DNA of 14,537 bases, from contig JBHHYI010000104.1 in assembly GCA_046757525.1 (NCBI GenBank), positions 1 through 14,537 of the forward strand. The letters run 5' to 3'. A program made the translations under genes and the position numbers. Under the pieces are notes generated by a model, which saw only the letters and a program-made list of their open reading frames with translations, did not search any database and was not told where the DNA came from. Positions 8,910 through 14,537 of the stretch are shown here, piece after piece; the first letter of the stretch is position 1; each line of letters starts with the position of its first letter. Source of the DNA: a bacterium (GTDB lineage: Bacteria > Zhuqueibacterota > Zhuqueibacteria > Oceanimicrobiales > Oceanimicrobiaceae).

Positions 8910-9938
8910 CTACAGACCCGATTTGGGCTCTGCCACCGTTTCTAACAACCTTTTGACGATATCTACGGAGCTGATTTTTTCCGACTCGGCATAAAAATTG
9001 GTGATGATCCGGTGTCGGAGTACAGGCATGGCCAGGTGTTGGATATCTTTCACCGATACGTTGTAACGTCCCTGCAAGATAGCGCGGGCCTTGCCGCCGA
9101 GGATCAAATATTGTGAAGCGCGCAGACCCGCTCCCCAACTGACCCAGTTTTTGACGAAATCAGGGGCAGTCTTGTTGGAAGGTCGGCTGGCACTCACCAG
9201 GCGCACGGCGTATTCAGCTACTTGCTGCGACAGCGGCACTTTACGCACCACATTTTGAAACTGCACCACGTCCTGCCCGGTCACGACTCTTTGAAATTGC
9301 GGAACGTAATCTGAGGTCGTCGAAGTCACCACCTGGACTTCCTGTTCTTCGGGCAGATAGTCCATGACAACGTTGAACATGAACCGGTCCAATTGCGCCT
9401 CAGGCAGCGGGTAGGTACCTTCGAGCTCGATGGGGTTCTGAGTGGCCAAAACAAAAAAGGGCTCCTCCAGGTTGTAAGTGGTGCCACCGGCGGTTACTTT
9501 GTGCTCTTGCATGGCTTCCAGTAAGGCCGCCTGGGTCTTGGGCGGGGTTCGGTTGATTTCGTCGGCCAATATGATGTTGGAAAACACCGGGCCCTTGACA
9601 AAGGTCAACTCTCTCCGACCGGTGCTGCGCTCTTCTTCGATGATTTCTGTGCCCGTGATATCTGCCGGCATCAAGTCCGGAGTAAATTGGATGCGTTTGA
9701 ATTTCAAATCTAAAATCTGAGAGATGGTCTTGATGAGCAACGTCTTTGCAAGTCCCGGCACACCTGTAATCAGGCAATGCCCGCCGGTAAAGAGAGCGAT
9801 GAGCACCTGGTCGATCACCTCATCCTGACCCACGATAATCTTGCGCAGTTCACCGGTGATGCTTTGGCTGCCGGTGCGCAGCTTTTCGATTAAATCCAGG
9901 TCCTGGTTTTCGGCAGGCTTGTCCACAAAATCTACCAT
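8910..9938 (-). CDS. moxR: MoxR-family (MoxR-proper type) AAA+ ATPase
   Basis: Walker A GVPGLAKT, RIQFTPDLMPADITG, Walker B IILADEINRTPPKTQAALLEAMQE, ATQNPIELEGTYPLPEAQLDRF and LRHRI. Start placed at the ATG at 9938 (MVDFVDK) because GGAG lies 5 nt upstream; the ORF track uses 9953. Confidence 0.96.
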   Translation of the reverse strand: MVDFVDKPAENQDLDLIEKLRTGSQSITGELRKIIVGQDEVIDQVLIALFTGGHCLITGVPGLAKTLLIKTISQILDLKFKRIQFTPDLMPADITGTEIIEEERSTGRRELTFVKGPVFSNIILADEINRTPPKTQAALLEAMQEHKVTAGGTTYNLEEPFFVLATQNPIELEGTYPLPEAQLDRFMFNVVMDYLPEEQEVQVVTSTTSDYVPQFQRVVTGQDVVQFQNVVRKVPLSQQVAEYAVRLVSASRPSNKTAPDFVKNWVSWGAGLRASQYLILGGKARAILQGRYNVSVKDIQHLAMPVLRHRIITNFYAESEKISSVDIVKRLLETVAEPKSGL

Positions 9939-9957
9939 GTTTGCTCCAGTCATAGCT

Positions 9958-10731
9958 TTAGTGGGTTAATGCGTAAATTACATAATTTATTCCTAACTTA
10001 AAACCAATTACCGAATACTGTGTCGGATAACGCCAGTCCCGGGCATGCTCCCAGGAGTCTCCTAAATCCGTGTTGTGATTGATCAGTACCATGAGCCGAT
10101 TTTGGTCGTCGAAAATGCCGCGACAATGCGGCGTGTAGCCGCCTTTTTCCCAGGTCCTGCCGTTGAATACCGAACCCAGACCCGGCACCTGAGGTAACTT
10201 GGAAAAATCATAATAACAATGAAAGATGGGGTGGTCCGGCTGAATGTCCACAATCGGGCGATCGGGAAAGACCATTCTTATTTGATTCAGAAAATTCCTC
10301 CATTCGTAGGGACCGTGAAAGTCGTCGATCATCAAGAAGCCGCCACGCAAAAGCCACTCTCTCAGGGAGTCAGCCTCGACTTGCGTGAGCTTGAGAAAGC
10401 CAACTTCCACCATGTAGGCAAACGGATAGCCAAAAATGGCGGGGTCGGTAAGACTCAAGACCACTGCCTGGTCGGCTACCTTTAAGGCCGTGGCCTTGCG
10501 CAGGCCCTTCATAAAGTTTTCCTCCGCGGTCGGGAAATCCACGGTCCAGCTCGACCAGGTGCGCCCAAATGGATTTCGGTAGTTGTAGTTTGAGCCGCCG
10601 GAGGCATATTTCACTCTGACAAAAGTGAATTCGTCGCCCTCTATGCCCTGCGCAAAGGCCGTTGCGCAACAGCAAAGAAGCACAACTAAAGCCACGAGTC
10701 TGTATCTTAAATGCAAGTATGTGGATGCCAT
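9958..10731 (-). CDS. DUF4159-family exported protein (paralog 2)
   Basis: ATG at 10731 preferred over the track's TTG at 10737, giving 257 aa. Signal peptide ends ATAFA/Q. Same motif set as the upstream paralog: FTFVRVKY, WTVDFPTAE.NF, LREWLLRGGFLMIDDF, HPIFHCYY, NHNTDLGDSWE, FKLGINYVIYALTH*. Confidence 0.88.
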   Translation of the reverse strand: MASTYLHLRYRLVALVVLLCCCATAFAQGIEGDEFTFVRVKYASGGSNYNYRNPFGRTWSSWTVDFPTAEENFMKGLRKATALKVADQAVVLSLTDPAIFGYPFAYMVEVGFLKLTQVEADSLREWLLRGGFLMIDDFHGPYEWRNFLNQIRMVFPDRPIVDIQPDHPIFHCYYDFSKLPQVPGLGSVFNGRTWEKGGYTPHCRGIFDDQNRLMVLINHNTDLGDSWEHARDWRYPTQYSVIGFKLGINYVIYALTH

Positions 10732-10746
10732 GGTCAAGAGTTAGTA

Positions 10747-11478
10747 TTAGTGGGTCAACGAGTAGATGATGTAGTTGATCCCCAATTTGAAGGACTCGGT
10801 GGAAAAACCGGGGTCCACGTCTGGCCATTCCCAGCCATCTCCAACATCGGTGTTATAATTGATCATCACCATCAAGCGGCCCTGGTCGTCGAAGATGCCG
10901 TAGTATTTGGGCGGCCAATTGGGCAAATAAGGCGTGGGTTCCTCGATATCTTTCAAGTCAAAAAAGCAGTGAAAGATGGGGTGGTTGATGTGCAGCTCTA
11001 CCATCGGGCGGTCCGGTAAAACCTTGCGAATCTCTCGAATCCAGTTGTTCAGTTCGACGGGGAACCGGAAATCATCGACCATCAAAAAGCCACCACGCAA
11101 CAGATACTCCCGAAGATTTTTTATTTCAGATTCCGACAGTTTGAGGTAGCCAATCTCACAAGCGTAGATAAATGGGTACTCAAATATTTCATCGTCAGCA
11201 AACGTCAAAATGTTGTATTCTTTCGCAACCTTAATATTTGTGGTGGCTTTCATGACATTGTATAAGTTCTTTTCAGCCCTTGGGTAGTCGTGCGCCCAAA
11301 GCGGGGCGGTGGTAGAGAATCCGTAGCCATAGCGAATACCATTGTCGGTCCAGCGGATGCGGATGAAGGTGAATTGCTCCGCTTTTGAAATCTGGGCCTG
11401 GCCATCCATGACCCCTGCTACCAGAAGCAAAAGGCAACTGAACAAACAAGATTTCTTTTGGCGCGTTATTCTAAACAT
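10747..11478 (-). CDS. DUF4159-family exported protein (paralog 1)
   Basis: 243 aa; the ATG overlaps the end of the TPR gene by 13 nt. It has a signal-peptide-like N-terminus (RQKK + hydrophobic core + GQA/Q). Motifs FTFIRIRW, W..DYPRAE.NL, YPFIY, LREYLLRGGFLMVDDF, HPIFHCFF, NYNTDVGDGWE and FKLGINYIIYSLTH* are typical of DUF4159 proteins. Confidence 0.88.
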   Translation of the reverse strand: MFRITRQKKSCLFSCLLLLVAGVMDGQAQISKAEQFTFIRIRWTDNGIRYGYGFSTTAPLWAHDYPRAEKNLYNVMKATTNIKVAKEYNILTFADDEIFEYPFIYACEIGYLKLSESEIKNLREYLLRGGFLMVDDFRFPVELNNWIREIRKVLPDRPMVELHINHPIFHCFFDLKDIEEPTPYLPNWPPKYYGIFDDQGRLMVMINYNTDVGDGWEWPDVDPGFSTESFKLGINYIIYSLTH

Positions 11479-14093
11479 TTGAGCAAAATTTCCTGCGCTT
11501 TTTCAAATCCAGGAGCAATCTCCAAAGCGGCCAGTGCGGACTCCTTGGCTTCCGTTTTCCGGCCCGCCAGGAAGTAAGCGTTGGCTAACTCGTAGTAGGC
11601 TCCGGCCAAATCCTGGGAATCGGTCAACAGCAACACCTGGAACTCTCGGATGGCCTGGTCATATTTTTGGTCGGACACGTAGGCTTCGCCGAGTTTTTTG
11701 TGCACGTCAGAATCGTAGGGGGCAATGTAAATGGCCTTTTGCAGCGCTGCAATGGCCCAGTCACTCTGTTGGGCTTCGGAGCTCAAGTTGGCCAGCTTTT
11801 TCAGAGCCTGCAAATCCTTGCCGTTTAACGCGGTTAACTGCCGCAGTTCCGCAATGGCTTTGTCTTTTAGCCCCTTTTCTAAATAGATCTCAGAGAGCAG
11901 CTTGTAAGGATTTTCATGTTGGACAAACTTTGGAAACAATTCTTTTGCTTTTGTCAAATAGGGGATGGCAAGGTCGAAATTGCCTTCCTTTTTATAATAC
12001 ATACCAAGCTGAAAGTTTAGGAAAGGGTTGTTCGGCTTTTCGACGATTTTTTCTTTCAGGAATTTCTCCAGGTTGGCCGATTCGACGAGCGCATTTTTGA
12101 TGTCAAAAGACAAATCCAGATTGTCTACATGATATTTTTGCCTGATGAAGTCGCGAAAATCCCGGTCAAAAGCATCGATATTCTTGCCGAATACGGTTTC
12201 GATAACCTGGGGTGTTTTGGCACCTGCTTTGAATTCCGGGAAGGTAGCCAGCAGCTTTGGCTGCCCGAACGTTTCAACGATATACTCCACGATCTTGGAA
12301 GCCTGGTAATACGACAGGGTGACCTGGCCTGGACTGGTAGGCCGGTTAAACCCCGAATCCAGTTCTTTGATTGGCAACAAGCGGCCATTTTGCAAGGCGG
12401 CAAGAAAAGGTATGTCCTGATTCATGTCCCAGAAAGGATGCGAACGGGTGGTTTCGTAGACGGCGATGCCTTCTGCTAACCAGCGAGGAATGCGGTTTTC
12501 TGTCATGCGCAGATGCGTGACGTGCACCAGTTCGTGCCACAGCGTTTCCCCCCAGACAAAATCGCCTTTGGTTCTGGCGCGGGGCGAATCCATGGCCACC
12601 ACGTTGCCAAAACAAATGCCCAAGAAGGCCTGGGCGCCCGGTATCCCGAAACAGCGCACGGCAAAATCGTCGTGTTCCGGGAATATTTCGATCGTCACCG
12701 GCTGGGTGCTGTCGAAATCGTATCGTTGGTGCAAATCTGCCAGGCATTGTTTGATGAGCTCCTGGGCGTAGCCTGCCAGCACCGGGTCGTCCTTCTCGTG
12801 AATCCGCAGGATGTACTCGCTGGTGCGGTGGGTCTTGTATTGCGGAAAGGCGTCGAACAGGGTGAGCAGATTTCCAACGTATTTGTTGTAAGGGTCGGTT
12901 TTGAACGCCTTTTCCAATTCTTCATTGGCTTCTTTCTCTTTGCCAAGGCGGCTCAAGCTGGTGCCTAAACCCGCGTGCGCCAGCCAGTGGTCGCGATCCA
13001 AGGTTAAAGCTTTGCGGTAATACGCCGCCGATTCTTTAAACAAATAACGCCGGGCCAGGACTTCCCCAATTTGATAATACAGCTCACCGTAATTGGGATT
13101 TATGTCCAGGAGGGCCTTTTCTTCTGCCTGGAACTTCGCGGTTTTGTCTTGCAAGAAGTAGCAAACGGCTTTGAGTGTTCGACTCTCCAGGGACTTGGGG
13201 TTGATCTGCAAGGCGCTTCTTAGCCTCTCCAGTGCAAGGTCGTATTCATTGGAAGCAATGTTCAATTCAGCTAAGAAGTCGTGGGCTGCAACGTAGTTTG
13301 GATTGATTTCCAGGGCCTTGTCCGCTTCTCGCAACGCCGCCTCGTAATTGGTCTTGAGCAGACCTTTGGCCAGACCTAAATGAGCCTCTGCCGCGTTGGG
13401 ATTGATTTTTAGCGCGTCTTCAAAGACGCCGATGGCGTCCGGGTCGTTGTATTTCAACAAGAACAAATTTCCCCATGGAATGTAGGCCTGCCACAGCGAT
13501 TTGTCCAAATTCGTGGCCTCATTGAACAGGGTGTTGGCGTCGCGAAAGCGTTCGAGGTAGATGCAGGCTTCAGCTACGAGACTCGTTTCTTCGCCGGACA
13601 ATTTTGCGTGGCTGCGGTAGTAGTTGATGAAGTATTGCAGCGTCTTTCGGGCTTCTGGTTTGGTTTCAAACTCCCACTGGTAAATGCCTGAGCGCAAACG
13701 CGCGTACAGGTTGTCTGGCGCCAGGGTCAACGCTTTGTCGTAATTGCTTTTTGCCTCTCTTAAGCGTCCTGTCTGTTTGAACACGTCGCCCAGCAGGGCC
13801 AGGGCCAGGGGGTTTTGCGGAGCCGCAGACAACGCTTTTTGCAGGGCTTTCTCGGCTTCGGCGTATTGCCCGGTTTGCAGGTAAACTTTGCCTAAACCCC
13901 GGTAAGCGGCACCAGAGAGGTCTTCGACTCTTGCGGCTTTTTGAAATTGAGAAATGGCCTCCTCATACTTGCCAGCCTGAAACAGTCGGTAGGCGTTTTG
14001 GAGTTGCCCTTCATCTTTCGACGACAGGGCAAACGAAGTGGAGTTTATGACCAGACAGGTGCAAAATAAACGAAATAGAAATTTACTATTCAA
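11466..14093 (-). CDS. Exported TPR-repeat protein with central zinc metallopeptidase (Peptidase MA-like / gluzincin-type) domain
   Basis: 875-aa ORF with a TTG start preceded by GGAG (minus strand ...CTTCGGAGCGTT-TTG). It has a Sec-type signal (MNSKFLFRLFCTCLVINSTSFA/L) and many TPR-like units (e.g. AYRGLGKVYLQTGQYAEAEKALQKALSAAPQNP, AHLGLAKGLLKTNYEAALREADKALEINPNY) at both ends. The central motif is LWHELVHV...PRWLAEGIAVYE. Confidence 0.9.
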   Translation of the reverse strand: MNSKFLFRLFCTCLVINSTSFALSSKDEGQLQNAYRLFQAGKYEEAISQFQKAARVEDLSGAAYRGLGKVYLQTGQYAEAEKALQKALSAAPQNPLALALLGDVFKQTGRLREAKSNYDKALTLAPDNLYARLRSGIYQWEFETKPEARKTLQYFINYYRSHAKLSGEETSLVAEACIYLERFRDANTLFNEATNLDKSLWQAYIPWGNLFLLKYNDPDAIGVFEDALKINPNAAEAHLGLAKGLLKTNYEAALREADKALEINPNYVAAHDFLAELNIASNEYDLALERLRSALQINPKSLESRTLKAVCYFLQDKTAKFQAEEKALLDINPNYGELYYQIGEVLARRYLFKESAAYYRKALTLDRDHWLAHAGLGTSLSRLGKEKEANEELEKAFKTDPYNKYVGNLLTLFDAFPQYKTHRTSEYILRIHEKDDPVLAGYAQELIKQCLADLHQRYDFDSTQPVTIEIFPEHDDFAVRCFGIPGAQAFLGICFGNVVAMDSPRARTKGDFVWGETLWHELVHVTHLRMTENRIPRWLAEGIAVYETTRSHPFWDMNQDIPFLAALQNGRLLPIKELDSGFNRPTSPGQVTLSYYQASKIVEYIVETFGQPKLLATFPEFKAGAKTPQVIETVFGKNIDAFDRDFRDFIRQKYHVDNLDLSFDIKNALVESANLEKFLKEKIVEKPNNPFLNFQLGMYYKKEGNFDLAIPYLTKAKELFPKFVQHENPYKLLSEIYLEKGLKDKAIAELRQLTALNGKDLQALKKLANLSSEAQQSDWAIAALQKAIYIAPYDSDVHKKLGEAYVSDQKYDQAIREFQVLLLTDSQDLAGAYYELANAYFLAGRKTEAKESALAALEIAPGFEKAQEILLKCLE

Positions 14094-14460
14094 AACGCTC
14101 CGAAGCCTTTTATATTCCTAAAACAATGAGTATTTTTCCCGCATTCCGAAAGAATTGTGGTGTGAGTTGTTAGCCCGAATTCGGAAAACTAAGATTCAAC
14201 GGAGACAGCTCAAACATACAACCTACTGGAAGAATTAACTGACAGGTTATAAGATAAAACGTCAGTATCCTGACTATGTTCCTGAGTTAAAATAAAATAT
14301 TTGTAAACTGTGATCGACCGAAAATTCGGTGCCAAATGTCCTTGCCAGGCTCGCCTACTGGAGTCACAAATGTGGAATTGCTGCTTAAAGGATCGGAAGC
14401 TCATTGTAATGTGAAGTCCCTTGCCTGTCTCAACGCAGCGGTAGTTGCAAAAGCTTAAGT
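14094..14460 (-). promoter_or_regulatory. Non-coding upstream/promoter region of the operon
   Basis: AT-richer intergenic stretch upstream of the first gene with several short palindromes (14175-14184, 14261-14274, 14317-14330). No confident -35/-10 pair was identified. Confidence 0.45.
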
Positions 14461-14485
14461 TGTCATTCCGAATCCGGCGAACGCC
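14461..14485 (+). repeat. TGTCATT-tagged REP-like palindrome, interrupted
   Basis: TGTCATTCCGAATCCGGCGAACGCC has the same tag as the left-flank repeats and ends in the symmetric GGCG-AA-CGCC just before a TIR-like sequence. Confidence 0.6.
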
Positions 14486-14503
14486 TTTTGGCGTCAACCT
14501 AAG
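14486..14503 (+). mobile_element. Degenerate IS4/IS231-like terminal inverted repeat; left end of an element extending right
   Basis: TTTTGGCGTCAACCTAAG matches CATAGGCGTCAACTTAAG (reverse complement of 38-55) at 14/18 positions, and 13/14 in the core. Confidence 0.5.
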
Positions 14504-14537
14504 AGATTTTATCTATCAAAAATGTTATTCTGAGGTT

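Noticed and set aside
8905..9138. 78-codon N-terminal extension of the DUF58 ORF overlapping moxR in the -1 frame (possible frameshift fusion)
   Set aside because: The extension is not protein-like, the DUF58 family start fits the ATG at 8904, and moxR is complete. The A6 run near 8975-8980 is not a canonical X XXY YYZ slippery site.
8011..9938. Anti-phage defence or magnesium-chelatase interpretation of the AAA+/vWA pair
   Set aside because: The motifs fit MoxR-proper plus DUF58. No nuclease, toxin or chelatase H-subunit gene is present, and most partners are exported or membrane-bound.
156..12968. Numerous short plus-strand and alternate-frame ORFs (e.g. 1029-1637, 11534-12100, 10370-10828)
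   Set aside because: All lie within long motif-supported minus-strand genes and look like shadow ORFs.
14318..14349. Sigma-54-like TGGCAC on the minus strand
   Set aside because: It reads TTGGCAC-CGAAT-TTTC, so the invariant -12 GC is absent. The neighbouring CTGGCAA also fails the GG-N10-GC spacing.
14160..14430. TGTGA half-sites suggestive of CRP/FNR boxes
   Set aside because: None has a TCACA-like partner at 6-nt spacing.
14210..14497. 95-aa minus-strand ORF
   Set aside because: It starts at a TTG inside the TIR-like sequence, runs through a REP, and has no recognisable motif or SD. It is probably spurious.

Overview
The window holds one compact eight-gene operon on the minus strand (14093 to 180). 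In transcription order it encodes a Sec-exported TPR protein with a central HExxH...E zinc-metallopeptidase (Peptidase MA-like) domain, two tandem exported DUF4159-like paralogs, a MoxR-family AAA+ ATPase, a DUF58/vWA protein, a BatA-N-terminal/vWA membrane protein, a large 3-TM Ig-like plus helical-repeat (DUF4175-like) protein, and a second vWA/GATase1-like membrane protein. This is a Bat-like MoxR-vWA cluster of unknown function. Its predicted topology suggests a machine spanning the inner membrane, with a cytoplasmic ATPase and adaptor and periplasmic vWA, GAT-like, scaffold and protease parts. Both non-coding flanks contain TGTCATT-tagged REP-like palindromes. In each flank an IS4/IS231-like terminal repeat (GGCGTCAACYTAAG) directly abuts a symmetric 10-bp hairpin top, suggesting a REP-targeting mobile element with a 10-bp target duplication on each side of the operon. 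All family assignments come from motif recognition, not database searches.
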